Notes under the pieces: model-generated
Told to the model about the DNA's origin: nothing
The model's input: only the letters and a program-made list of their open reading frames with translations
Databases searched by the model: none
Assembly (NCBI RefSeq): GCF_004010195.1
Contig: NC_057718.1
Span: 10,212,009 to 10,276,008 of the forward strand
Source of the DNA: Chiloscyllium plagiosum
Taxonomy: Eukaryota
Length of the DNA stretch: 64,000 bases
Direction of reading: 5' to 3'
Made by a program: the position numbers and the translations under genes
Shown here: positions 40,476 through 53,239 of the stretch, piece after piece
Layout of the letters: every line of letters starts with the position of its first letter
Position numbering within the stretch: position 1 is the stretch's first letter

Positions 40476-42185
40476 CAAGGGCAATTAAGAATGGGCAAGA
40501 AATGCTAGAAAATAAATAACGCTCACATTATGTGAGCAAATTTTAAAAATGCATATACCTTTAACTCTAGTTGCTTAGGCATCCCCAATGTTAATTGCTC
40601 TATCATTAAGAATCATGCCCACAGCTACTTAGGCCTTCAGCTCTGGAATTCCCTCAGTAAAAATCTTCACCTCTTACCCTCCCTTTCCTGTAAGGCACTC
40701 CTTAATAGCTACCATGTTGACTAAGCTTTCATTTGACTGACTGTTGCCTGATGTGGCTTTGAGTCTACGAAATTTTATTTTATATGCCTCCAAAGCCTTA
40801 CTGTGAGACATTTATGATGTCAGAGGCGCTTTATAAATGCATGTCGATGTTGGCAAATACGTCGATGAGGAAATTTAAAAACAATATTTCTAATAGTGTC
40901 AATTTTTTAAAATCATGAAACACTCGACTACCCATGGAACGGTGTTGTCTCTGGGTTATGTAAGAGGTGATTTCATAGCCTGTGGTTCTACAAGTGCAGG
41001 GTTGGTAATACCTGGTTTCTATGGTGATGGAGCAGGAGACACAGCCTGTTGCTGAGAACCCAGCAGCTCCATTTCGATTAGTGTCTGAGCTGACGTATCC
41101 TCAGTAGCAGGGGATGACTCACTAACATCTGCATTGTCCCCAGGAGGCCCTTCATTTTACTTCACCCCCAGAGAAATGTGCCATTGCATTTCTAGTTTGC
41201 TGTCTCCCTGATTCCAACTCCTTTTACCACGCTTCCCCACTCCCAATCCCATTCATAGCATCACAGAATCCCTGCAGTGTGGAAGCAGGCCATTCGGCCC
41301 ATCAGGACCACACTAACCCTCTGCAGAGCATCCCACCCAACCCACCCTATTCCTGTAACCCTGCCTTCCTGGCAGAAGGAATCTGCAATTCTCTGGGCCA
41401 AGCCTCCACCCACCCTCCACCACAGACACACTCATTTCTGACAACATGTTGGGAGGAAATTAGAGATGGCAAGCTGTGCATTGCTTTTTTCCTGAGAGAT
41501 AAACCCCTGAGCAAAGACAGGAGGTCCTTACATCTCATTACTGACAAACATAATCACTTTCTCCCGAAATTTGATTCGTTTAAAATTCATTCTCATGACA
41601 TGGGCAGCACGGGCTGACCTGGGTTCACTGGCTTCTGCCCTTATAGGATAGGGTTCAGCACCCTCCTTGGGCCACTGCTGTCCTCCCACACACACTGCCC
41701 CTTTAATTAGCTTGAAATTTCCCTCCAAGGTAGCAGTAATCCATGTAAAAAGATGCCAAATGTACAGAGTAATCTTCCAGGGAGGGACAGTGGCAGCACA
41801 GGCTTGAGGGAGCTCAGGCAGCACTTGGACACCAGGTTAGATCAGGATCAGTAAGATATTCTTGAAGATGTACAGGTCCTTCAGCCCATCGAGTCTATGC
41901 CAACCTAACTACACTAGCCCCACTGTCTGGCACTTGGCACATCACTGCTCACTCTTCCACACTCCAATGGACACAGGCCCCACCAGTTCAACATTTCCTT
42001 ATAAAACTACGTATCATCCCAGGAATCAATCAATTTCTTCTGAATTATTTCCAATGCAAGTCTGTCCCTTCATAAATAAGGAGACCAAAGCTGTATACTC
42101 AAGTCTGGGCATGGTCTAGCCAATGCTCCATACAATTGTACCAAAGCATTCTTACATTCATATTCTATTCACCTTACAATAAATG

Positions 42186-42366
42186 CTGAAAAATGTGTTG
42201 CTGGAAAAGCGCAGCAACAACTAAGCCCTTCTTCAGGAGCTTATGCCCGAAATGTCGATTCTCCTGCTCCTTGGATGCTGTCTGACCTGCTGCGTTTTTC
42301 CAGCAACACATTTTTCAGCACTGATCTCCAGCATGTGCAGTCCTCACTTTCTCCTAGTTGATTTTA
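42186..42366. mobile_element. Palindromic Penelope-derived insertion
   Basis: 15-bp TSD accttacaataaatg (42171-42185, 42367-42381); inverted arms. Confidence 0.8.
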
Positions 42367-42594
42367 ACCTTACAATAAATGACAACATTCCACTTGCAGT
42401 ACCTGCATTGCAATTTTTTCACCTGATCCTGCAGATCCCTCTGCACTAGTGAGTCCTGTAACTCTCTCTGGGAACATTTTGACCCCATCGCCTCTGTTCG
42501 GACCCTTTATGATATTGAACTGCTCTGTCAAATCTCCCCTTAATCCTCTCCAATGAGAGCATCCCCAGCTTCTCCAATCCATCTAAATAATGGG

Positions 42595-42862
42595 CTTACA
42601 GTGGCTCGATCATCAGCACTGCTACCTCACAGCACCAGGGACTTGAGTTCGATTCCAACCACAGGTGACCGTGTGGATTTTGCACATTCTCCCAGTGTCT
42701 GCATGGTTTTCCTCTGGGTGCTCAAATTTCCTCCCATGATCCAAAGATGTGCAGGTTATTTGGATTGGATTGGCCAAGGGAAATGCAGGGTTACGGAGGA
42801 AGGTTAGGGAGCTAGGTGTGGACTAGTGGGCTGAATGGCCTGCTTCCACACTGTAGAGATTC
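42595..42862 (+). mobile_element. Diverged V-SINE
   Basis: Recognisable head, V-domain and tail. Confidence 0.75.
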
Positions 42863-43120
42863 CAACTGACTGGGTTAGCTGCGTAATATCCAATGATCCA
42901 AATGACATTTTTCTCTTCTCTAGCATTGCCTGGATATTTCCAAGTTGATAAAGTGCATTTCCTGGAGAGGCACAGACACACATGTTTAAATCAGTATATA
43001 GGGTCAAAGTTAGATCCTGGCTGCTGGTTACTTGTGGGAAATGGTTAGTGGGAGCCAGCAGTCTATGGTTCACAGCTTGAGTGTATAGACCAAGCAAAGC
43101 AAACTGAACCCTTAAGTCAA

Positions 43121-43201
43121 CAGTGTGTTGCTGGGAAAGTGCTTTCCCAGCAACACACTCTCAACTCTCATCTCCAGCATCTGTAGTCCTCACTTTCTCC
43201 C
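43121..43201. mobile_element. Very short palindromic Penelope-derived insertion
   Basis: 15-bp TSD gaaccctKaagtcaa (43106-43120, 43202-43216); hairpin agtgtgttgctgggaaag/ctttcccagcaacacact. Confidence 0.75.
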
Positions 43202-45255
43202 GAACCCTGAAGTCAATCTGGTGAACAGAGAACATTAACCGTGCATCGTAAGTGACAGTACTTCACTGAGTGCTCAGATTCTCAACTCCATTTATGTTAG
43301 TGCCTTTAAATTAGAAAGCCGGCAAGGCATTTTGCAGGAGAATTATCAATCTAAAAATTGAGAAGAAGGAGATAAGTGTGCCAAACGTTGGATAGAGGAG
43401 TGAGGGCCACGATTCAATTTCCTGCATATGAGGTGCTTGCTCTTCCTCGTCATTGGACCTACTGATTTGTGGTGACAGAATAAATCAATTCATGCGGCCA
43501 GGGAGCACAGAGTCTATAATGGAAGCCAGAATCTACAAGCCTTCCTGTTTTCCAGGAGGAATGGCAAGCCTTGGGAACAGGCAGCATTTTACTTAAGAAA
43601 GGAAACCCAACGAGGGAAAGAAATTGTAACAATGTTGATGGCAGAGAAGCTGTACCTTCCGGTTACACTGCAACCTATAAGTAAACATTAAAACCGCTTC
43701 ACACACATATTATTGCTTTTGAAACAATTTACAAATGCCTTTGCCTGGCTTACTGGCAAGCTAATAATTGAGACGAGGGCCTGAGGGAGCACACTGTGTC
43801 TAGGTGATGCTAAAACAGAAAAGTTGACTCATTCCAATCAGTGTTATTGCTACAAGGGCTGTGAGCATTTTGCTTAAGAATTTTCACAACAGGGAACATC
43901 CAGCCCGAAGTAAACCTCTGGTGCAGACATTTTGTTTTAATCATTCACAGGATGAGGGCGTCACTAGCCAGACCAGTGGGCAGTTAATACTCAACCACAT
44001 TGCTGTGGGTCTGGAGTCACATTCAGGCCAGACCAGTAGATTTCCTTCCCCAAATGACATTAGTGAACCAAATGGGTTTTTCCCCAACAATCAATGATGG
44101 TTTTGTGGTCATGATTGGCCTCTTAATTCTAGATTTTCATTGTATTCAAATTCTACTATGGCAAGATTTGAACATAGGACCCCAGAACATTATCTGGATT
44201 AACAGCCCTGCGATAATACCACTAGGCTATTGCATGTAGCTTATCAGCAACAAGAGATGTGAGATACCAACACTGGGACTCAATCTCCTTGTTCAGATTT
44301 ATTACTGCCTTTCACTGAATGTTATCACATCTATTTCTCTCCTCCTCTCTTGATTCATGATGAGTCAATTCCCTCAGAAGTGTTAGTTGCCTCATGGTCC
44401 CCAAGAGTCGCATCTTTCACATCCGAACACCAACAGCGAGTGCTGATGGGCAATTTGACTGAGAGGTGCACATTCTCCTTTGGCCTCAACATCCTTGTGT
44501 ACCCACTTTCCAGAGGGTACCTCTCTACAGACCAGACATACCACGACTGATCCTGGCACCAGTTCACTATGACTATTCCCTTCTCCACATGTTTTCAAAT
44601 CAGATCAGCCACCTAGTTCTAGATTTCTGTCCCTTTGCAGAAGGAAATCTGCCATCTTTACCCTGTCTGACCTACATGTGCTTCCAGACCTGCAACAAGG
44701 TGGCTAACTCTCATTGTCCTCTGAAGTGGCTAAGCCACTCGTTTGTAGCAAACTGCTACAGAAAGATCACAAGATGGGCAGCAGTGGTTCATGATGACAG
44801 CTTGCCACTAGCTCTCAAGGGCAATTTGGAATGGGCAATAAATGCCTATCTCTTGTCATTAATCCCCACACCTGTCAAAGAATATTTTAAACAAAAACCA
44901 TTGACCTGGGCTCTCACACACCTGTAACAATGACATGCTTTTCATTTATGCAGCTATTCAACCTGCACCTGGGTGTGGAAGATGCTGGTAAAGGAGTATT
45001 GGTGAGTTGCTGCAGTGCATGGCAGATGGTACACACTGCTGCCACTTGTGTTTCAGTGGTAAAAGGACAGACTGTCGACAGAGAGTGATGGGCACCAAGC
45101 AGGCAGGCTGCTTAATTCTAGGCAGTGTCAAGCTTTTTGAGTGTTGTTGGAGCTGTGCTCATTCATCTAAGCAAAGAGTATTAAGTACTGGGCAGCAGAA
45201 ACACAAAAGCACCATCACTTGCAAGATACCCTCCAAGCCACACACTTTCCTGACT

Positions 45256-46345
45256 TAAGACCATAAGACAGGAATAGAAACAGGCCATTCAGCCCATCCA
45301 ATCTGATCCATCATTCAACAACATCATGGTTGATCTGACAATCCTCAACTCCACCTTCCTCTTTTTTTCCCGAAATCCCCTTAAAAATCTATCTCAGCTT
45401 TGAACACACTTAATGACCCAGCAGTAAATAATTCCATAGATTCACTATGCTCTGAGAAAAGAAATTCTTCCTCATCTTTGTCTTAAAATGTGAGAACCCA
45501 CATTCTGCAACAATACCCTGTGGCCTTAGAACTCTGCCATCAGGGGAAACAACCTTCTACATCTACCCTGTCAAGCTCCCTAAGATTCTTACATATTTCA
45601 ATGAGGTCATCTCTTATCCTTCTAAATTCACAGTCCCTATTTACACAACCTCTCCTCAGAAGATAGGCCTGGTATTAGCCTAGAAAAGCTTCTCTGGACT
45701 ACCTCCAATGTCAGTATATCTTTCCTTTGATAAAAGGGACTCGAAACTGTTCAAAGGATTCCAGCTATGGTCTGACTAGTGTCTTGTATAATTTTGAAAA
45801 GCTCACCCTCCTTATACTCTATTTCCTATTACCCAAAGAACTTGGATGCTGGCTTTCTATGATCATGGACAAATCCCTCCGTTACATGGCTTTCTGCAGT
45901 CTTTCTCCATTCTCCTCATATAGAATATAATTGGTGGGAAAATATGTCAACTTTTTACCCATTCACTTAACCTGTTGCTATCCCTCTGTGGTATCTTTGT
46001 GCCATCCTCACCATTTGCCTTCCCACCTATTTCTGTGTCATCTATAAACTTGGCAAAAGTACATTCACTTTTCTTATCCAAGACATTGATATATATATAT
46101 CAATAATTGAGGTCTCAGTCCTGATCCCTGTGGCACACCTGTAATTACAAGTTGCCATCCTGAAAATGTTCCCTTATCCCAGCTCTCAGTCTTCTATTAG
46201 TCGGCCAATCCTCTATCCATACTACCTTCAACACCATGGGTTCTTATCTTATTAAGTAGGCTAATGTGTGACACCTTCTGAAAATGCTAATATATTACAA
46301 TCACTGCTTCCTCTTCACATATCCTGCTTGTTACCTTCTCAAACA
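45256..46345 (-). mobile_element. Decayed CR1 fragment
   Basis: Reverse GVPQGSGL and KFIDDT remnants, plus the 3' tail. Confidence 0.75.
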
Positions 46346-47318
46346 ATTCTAGTCAATACTCTTTCACTGTCGCGAGGTCAAAATCCTGGACTCCCTCCCA
46401 AACAGCATTGTGGGTATCCCCACACTTCAAGGACAGAAGTGTTCAAAAAGGTAGCTCACTACCACTTTCTCCACTGCAACTATGCTGTACAATAAATGCT
46501 GGTCCATTTAGTGATGCCTACAGGCCACATATTTTTTAAAAAGTGGATAGACAGCAGTGAGACAGGAGACTTGCCGTAGGATTCCCAACTTCTAACATAA
46601 TGACACAGTGTAATTTCTGGTCAATAAGAACCCCTGGATGCTGACGGTGGGAGGCCCTGAACGTCAGTCTTGCTGGAGATGATTATTGTCTGGCATTTGT
46701 ATAGTGTAAATGGTAGTTCCCAATGCCACAAAGTTGATAACTGCTATTTTATATCACTGTTATTTGAATCAACCTGTTCAGAAATGTTAAGACACGCCCC
46801 TTCTGGCCTAGAGATAGGGTCACTACCACAAGAGCCCTAAACTGAAAGATATACACTTAAGACAATTGTGGGTAGGAGGCAGTGGGATATGGGGCTATAG
46901 GTCTTTTCCTCGGATGCGTTGCCTGAAAACGTATGGAGGAAAAATTCAACACCAAAGTTCAAAAACATACTTGAAAAATATTCAGGGCTTTGGGCAAAGT
47001 GAGACTAATGGGATTTCTCGTTCAGAGAGCTAGCACGGGCAACAAGGGAGTGAATGGCCGCCCTCTGCGCTGCATGATTCTGTCACCAAAACCCACGCAC
47101 ATACAAAACCAGGCACAGTCACATCATCCCTGAACGTAAACACGGTTATGGAGTGCCCCGTGAGAGAGGAAAAAAAACCCCACCAAACCTCCAGCCTTCC
47201 CCTTTCCATCTGAAAACACTTCGTGAATATACAAAGGGAAAGCTGGAAGTTACAACCCAAGATTGTCCGGGAATGGCAGGGGAGAAGGAAGGAGAGAGGG
47301 AGGTCGGTCGGTCCTTAC

Positions 47319-47403
47319 CACATGCTAAAGTGCAGGCATCTCTTATAGCCTTGTACTTGTTCCCCGTCGCTTCCTTCGAAATCCTCTTCAAAATTTCATC
47401 CAT
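47319..47403 (-). CDS. ARFGEF3: ARFGEF3/BIG3-like, coding exon 1 (85 nt)
   Basis: Encodes MDEILKRISKEATGNKYKAIRDACTLAC, resembling the recalled ARFGEF3 N-terminus (MEEILRKLQKEASGSKYKAIKESCTWAL). Kozak-like aaaccATGG; donor G|GTAAGG, phase 1. Confidence 0.85.
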
Positions 47404-47924
47404 GGTTTCGGCACCAGACTAGGGGGAGGAACTCGCCAGGATAAATGGCTCGATTGGAAAGGGGGAGATAAATCAAGTTACGATATTACCTGCGAGTCAT
47501 TGAGAGGTGGTGGCTAAGGAAACCAGGCAGAGCTAACCCTCCAAACCTAGGGACACGTCTCCCTGTTTGTGAGGAGGGGGGGGTGGAAATATATAAATAA
47601 ATGTAATGGGAAGATGCAGACGGGACTGGGGCACTGTCTAAGACACGCTTCCCCGCAACGATGTCACTACATTGATGCACGGTCCTCCAGACATGGGTAT
47701 CTCATCCCCAGATTCCCCCCCCCCCCTCGCCAATTTCTCTAGAGCTCAGCACAGGCACTGCCCACTCTCCATCACCGGAGCTCACACTGTAATCCCTGAC
47801 ATCGTTGGGAAACTCTGGAACTGGAACACACAAGGGGCTCCAGGGAGAGAGAGATTATGGCACGGAGGGAAGGCGTGCTTAAATAATAAATAGCTGCAAT
47901 AGATTCAGAAATGAAATATCTAAA

Positions 47925-48525
47925 GCAGGGTCAAGCGGTTGTAGCAGATCCAGAGCTGAAACAGCTGGAGCAGAGTCAGGAGTTAGAAAAAAATGTCTGG
48001 TGTAGAATCACAGATGTATAAAAAAAAACCTGCAACAGTTACAGCTAAAATATCTGGAGTAAAGTGCCAATGCAAAGCTGCAGCATCAGAGCTAAACAAT
48101 CTGGATCTTAGAGGAGGATCCTGCAAGAGGCTCAAGAATAAAACCATCTGCTACAGAGTCAGGGTTAAAACATCTGGCGTTTGGAGAGTCCACAGCAAAC
48201 AGCTGGAGCAGTAGCAAAAATATCTGGAGCTCAGGCTGCAACAAAACACCTGGAGTGGAGTCAAATCTGAAACATCTGTTACCGAGTCGGGGTTATAAAT
48301 CTGGAGCTCAGACAGTCCGTGGGAAACATCTAGAGCAGAATCAGAGTTAGGACATCTGGTGCTCAGAGAGTCCATGGTGAAACATCTGGAGCTTAATCAA
48401 AGCTGAAACATCTGTAGCCCAGATGGTCCCAGATAAAATATCTGGATCAGTCTTGAGTGAAAACATCTGCATCAGAATGGCTTCAACATCTGGAGTTTGG
48501 AGAGTTGAAGTTACAGCAGAGTCAG
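47925..48525. repeat. Degenerate tandem repeat (core aaacatctggagc...agagtca)
   Basis: More than a dozen irregularly spaced copies of aaa(c/t)atctgg/aaacagctgg. Confidence 0.7.
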
Positions 48526-49489
48526 AGCAAAGCAGCCAATGTAGCCAATAAATTGGCATTATTGCAATAATTGGTGTAAAACACTGAATTGAAACACATG
48601 ACTTGTCAAAGCAGAGACTTTTTTCTGATATTTCAGTTTATGTTTACAGTGTTGGTAGAGACTATTCAGCCCATTGATTCAATGCTGGCTCTTTTGAAAG
48701 AGTTATCTTCTCAAACCCAACCTCTGGGATCTCTCCAAGACCCTGGAGTCTTTATCCATTCCTATAACGTAGCCCTGTCTCTCACAGTAGATGTAATGTT
48801 GTGTCAATGTTATCTCAGTGGAAAAGCAGTAATCCAATAATCCCAACTTCCTTTTTTCAAACTCCAAATTTGACTTAAAACTATGAAGTAAATGTAATTT
48901 ATCTGCAACATTCCGTGTCCAGATCTTGAAAGAAACATTTTTTTGAAAAGTTTTTTGTGGGCATTGCATGCTGGATCAGCATTTGTTACCAATCCCTCAT
49001 TGCCCCTTGACTAGGTGGTGATGACGACTACTGCAGTTACCCGTCCTCTGAGAAACCATTGTGCCCTCAACAAATGCTTTCCATCAAAATCAATCATGTG
49101 TCGAAGAAGGAAACTATTGACCTCAGCCTCCAAAGGGCTCACACAGGTATAGCCTTTCCCTGTACATTTTCACACACCCATCAGTCAGGAAAAGTGAAAC
49201 ATTATTGTTGATCCAGAGAGTGCGGCTCTAACATATTATAATCCAGACTACGCACTATGAAATCCCTCCTGGCAGTGTGGGGAATTCATATTGCTTTTAA
49301 AATATCTGGAAGTAGATCCTGGTATCAATAAAAGTGGCCATGGAGGTACTAGATTGTGGCTCACTAATAGCCATTGGGTAGAACTATTATCCTGATTGCT
49401 AGTCTGAATCAACATGCTCTTCCAATCCAACATCAGTGTGATTCACCTCTTACCACCCGGGAAGAGAGGTGATGGCTTAGTAGTATATC

Positions 49490-49835
49490 ATCGAATCTCT
49501 AGTGTGGAAAGAAGCCATTCAACCCACTGAGTTCTGCACCACCTCTCTGAATAGCATCCCACCCAGACCCAGCACCCACTCTATCTCTATAATTTCACAT
49601 TTACCACAGCTAACTCACCTAACTTGCACATCCCTAGTCACTATGGGGCAAGTTAGCATGGCCAATCCACCTAACTGCACACCTTTGCACTGTGGGAGGA
49701 AACCAGAGCATCTGAAGGAAACCCAGACAGACCACAGGGAGAACATGCATACTCCATATGGACAGTCGCCCAAGGCTAGAATCAACCCACATTCCCAGCA
49801 CTGTGAGGCAGCAGTGCTGACACTGAACCACTGTC
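49490..49835 (-). mobile_element. Diverged V-SINE
   Basis: Reverse head, V-domain and tail. Confidence 0.8.
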
Positions 49836-51398
49836 TCACTCTGGACTATCACCAGACCTATTAATCCCAGAGACCCAAGTTCTGTGGATCTGGGCTTGAA
49901 TCCTATCATGGCTGAATTCAATAAATATCTGGAATTAAGAGCTTAATGGTGATCATTAGTTCATTAATTGCCGGGGGAAACCCCATCTATTTCATTAATG
50001 CCCTTTAGTAAAGGAAATCTGATGTCCTTACCTCGTCTGGCCTACATGTGACTCCAGACCCACAGCAATCCCTCCTGGGAAATTAGGGGAGGTCAATAAA
50101 TGCCCAACCAGTGACACACACATCCTGTGAATGAATTTAATAAGTCACTTCCATGGTAAATAGGGAATTAGCAATAAGCACCTTGGCAAGGAAGGCCCAC
50201 AAGTCAATAATTATTTTTTTTAATAAAGGGTGGAACAATTTCAAGTAAAAACCTAGCATTTATTGTCCATCCACTTGGGTCTGCAATCACACGTCGGCAG
50301 AATTCCTTCCTTAAAGGACATTAGTGAACCAGTTGGGTTTCCTTCCCCCCACCCCCACCATTGATTCATGAATATCATCACCTTTAATTCCAGATGTTAT
50401 TGTATTCAAATTCCACTCTTTGCCATATTTGAACTCAGATTCCCAGAATAATACCACTCGGCTATTGTCTCCCTCCTGATACATTGAGAACAAAAATAAC
50501 TTAAACACTGGCTATCATTTAGACCCTTTTGACTCCAAATGTTATGAAAGGAGCAATGCCCTGATATTTTTTATTTTAAGTGTTTGAAAAATATTTTCCT
50601 TATTGTTTACAAAGAGATTGTCAAAAATTTTGCTGTAACCCATATCCCTTGTGTCCAGCATCACGTTGGAAATGACTCACAATTGCTTCCTCCCAAGCAA
50701 CAGGAAGAAGAAAAAAATGTTTTTGATTGAAGTTAATAACATGCTCAGTGTTTGTACAAGGTCAGAGTGGTACAAATGCAAACGAGTTGCTTCGTTTATA
50801 CAGAACCCCCACCCCCCCCAGGCTCGTTTTACTGACTGCATCCAGGGGGATTCATAATGACCCCACTTTGGCCACCCTGTTACGTGGCAGAGGGTGAAAT
50901 CCGATTCCAGAAGATCCCCATCTGGTTTTTGTTCTCACCTTGCAGATGCCGTCAATACTTCCTGGTTTCTGCACCGTCATTCCGCCGTCGTCAGGAATCA
51001 GAGACGTCAGCCGTGTACAGTATGTGTGTGTGAGAGAGAGTGCCAGGTTTATAGTTGGAAAACTGCACAGAACCTTAATTAAGTTACGGGATGCAGAGAG
51101 TTGCTTATCTGTTTATATTATATGGCAGTGAAGGTCCTTCTTTTTATAGATTTGCATTGAATCCAAATACATCACAAAATACATTGATCTCCTTTCAGCA
51201 GTTAATACCAGAAAATTCTTATTGTTTTAAAAAGGAATGTATTTGCATTTATAGACCATCATTCAGGTCTTTCCAAAAGCACTTTACAAAAAATGAAGTA
51301 ATCTAAGTATTAATTTTTTTTTCTTCATTCTTTCCTGGGTTGTGTGTGTCACTGGTGCCCCGAATTGTCCTTGAGCTGAATGGCTTATGTAAATATAT

Positions 51399-51822
51399 GA
51401 GGAGAAAGCGAGGACTGGAGATCAGAGCTGAAAATGTGTTGCTGGAAAAGCACAGCAGGTCAGGCAGCATCCAAGGAACAGAAGAATCAACGTTTCGGAC
51501 ATAAGCCCTTCTTCAGGAATGAGGAAAGTGTGTCCAGCAGGCTAAGACAAAAGGTAGGGAGGAGGGACTTGGGGGAGGGGCGTTAGAAATGCGATAGGTG
51601 GAAGGAGGTCAAGGTGAGGGTGATAGGCCGGAGAGGGGGTGGGGGCTGAGAGGTCAGGAAGAAGATTGCAGGTTGGGAAGGTGGTGCTGAGTTCGAGGGA
51701 TTTGACTGAGACAAGGTGGGGGGGGAAGGGAAATGAGGAAACTGGAGAAATCTGAGTTCATCCCTTGTGGTTGGAGGGTTCTTAGGCGGAAGATGAGGCG
51801 CTCTTTCCTAGGCCGAAGATTG
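51399..51822 (-). mobile_element. Penelope-like element 3' fragment inserted in the ERV 5' LTR
   Basis: Minus strand encodes ...ERLIFRLRTLQPQGMN, the C-terminal end of a PLE GIY-YIG domain. Shares the gaggagaaag terminus with the other copies. Flanked by the 11-bp duplication tgtaaatatat. Confidence 0.8.
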
Positions 51823-52534
51823 TGTAAATATATACCTTAGTACGAAGCATTCAGAAGCATTTAAATGATATATTTGTTTCAGTTACTTATAATACAATGC
51901 TATGCTTAACCATTAACTAACACAGTGGGTTTTGTAACCCTTGTGGGGACGAACAGACAGTGGAAAAGTACTGAGTACATCTGACTTGTAAAGATATGCT
52001 GATGTAACCAGACAATAGGAATGACTTTTAACAAAGAGCAGTGTGTACTGATGGCCATGGTGGCGGTTGGGAGTGCGAGGCAGACAGCGGGGGTGTTGCC
52101 GCCTGTGAGTGCAGATGCAGGACATGGTGTGGTTTTAAAAAACACAAGAAGTATTTCGCGCCACCACCTGCAGAAGGAGGTCACATGGGGTCAGATATCC
52201 GGGAACGCGAGAAGGCGGAGAATGGAGTCAGGTCAACAGCCAATCACACCTCAATGCTTGCCCAATGTTCTGTGATTACATGACGTTTTGTACTGTATAA
52301 AAGACTGGGTCAGGGGCAGGCTAGCGGTTCGACTTCGTGAACTGACACACTTTGCTGTTTGTCAGGGACGGGAAGACCTAGACCCAGAGCTCTGTATACT
52401 TTATCCACTCACTGCTAAAATAAACTAAGAGTTTGAGACCGAATATCTTCTCCTATTGCTTCATTTAAAGAACACGCAGGACTGGACTCACACATAACGG
52501 AAAGTAAGCTGGTACATTGAGCTGGAGTCCAACA
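51823..52534 (+). repeat. ERV 5' LTR (main body; first 11 bp duplicated at 51388-51398)
   Basis: Starts tgtaaatatat and ends gagtccaaca. TATAAAA at 52296, AATAAA at 52419. Direct repeat of 55306-55985. Confidence 0.92.
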
Positions 52535-52537
52535 ATT

Positions 52538-52555
52538 TGATGACCCCGACGTGAT
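52538..52555 (+). promoter_or_regulatory. Primer binding site, tRNA-Trp
   Basis: TGATGACCCCGACGTGAT lies 3 nt after the 5' LTR, one mismatch from the tRNA-Trp PBS TGGTGACCCCGACGTGAT known from avian sarcoma-leukosis viruses. Confidence 0.85.
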
Positions 52556-52924
52556 GAAGACGGAGAAGTGACGGAAAAGAGAGAAAAATAGAAACAACGG
52601 GCAACTGACGTCTAATGACAACAACAAGCGGCGCCGCATAAAAAAGATGAGCAGACGCCTGTTTATATCGAAGTTCTGCGATTGGAGATACCAAATTGAT
52701 TGTTGTCATTATACTGCAAGTGTCCTAGTAATAATAAGTGGATAAAGTATTGATATAATACGTACGGGTTTAAAGTCTCATGGGGTTAGAGTCCCCATAA
52801 AAGCAACAAAGTTGAAGACGTACAGGTTTAAAGTCCCATGGGGTTAGAGTCCCCATAAAAGCAACAAGGTACGTAAGAAGAGCCGCGGTCGAGCGTGAGG
52901 AGGTTTTAAGACCATTGAGCAGGA

Positions 52925-53203
52925 TCTCATAAAATCAACATTCACAGCTTTCTCCAAACAGGTTGGAGCGGCAAAGGGGGACCGACAGAGCCAGGCGCCA
53001 CCTACCACAGACTGGGTCCTGCTGAAGGTGATCAAATGGAGTGGTCGGAGCCAAGATGGACAGGACCTTACAAGGTGGTGGAGAGGACATCCCATGCAGT
53101 CAGACTGCAGGGGAAAGGAGAAAGCTGGTACCATTGGAGCCAGTGTGCAGCCACAGAACCGCCGACAAGAACTCTAGAACAAATGAGAACAGAAAAAGAG
53201 TAG
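52925..53203 (+). pseudogene. pol: Retroviral integrase C-terminal (GPY/F-type) remnant
   Basis: Translates as ...TTDWVLLKVIK/(frameshift)WSEPRWTGPYKVVERTSHAVRLQGKGESWYHWSQCAA...EKE*. No RT, RNase H or DDE core is present upstream. Confidence 0.8.
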
Positions 53204-53239
53204 AAGGGTTTTTAAACTTTTAATTGCGTAAAGGCCATA

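Noticed and set aside
47925..48525. CRISPR-like array
   Set aside because: Repeats are degenerate with irregular spacing and the context is eukaryotic, with no cas genes.
51818..51822. ERV TSD immediately left of 51823 (attg versus cttg)
   Set aside because: The upstream junction at 51384-51388 restores the interrupted host repeat and explains the 11-bp duplication better.
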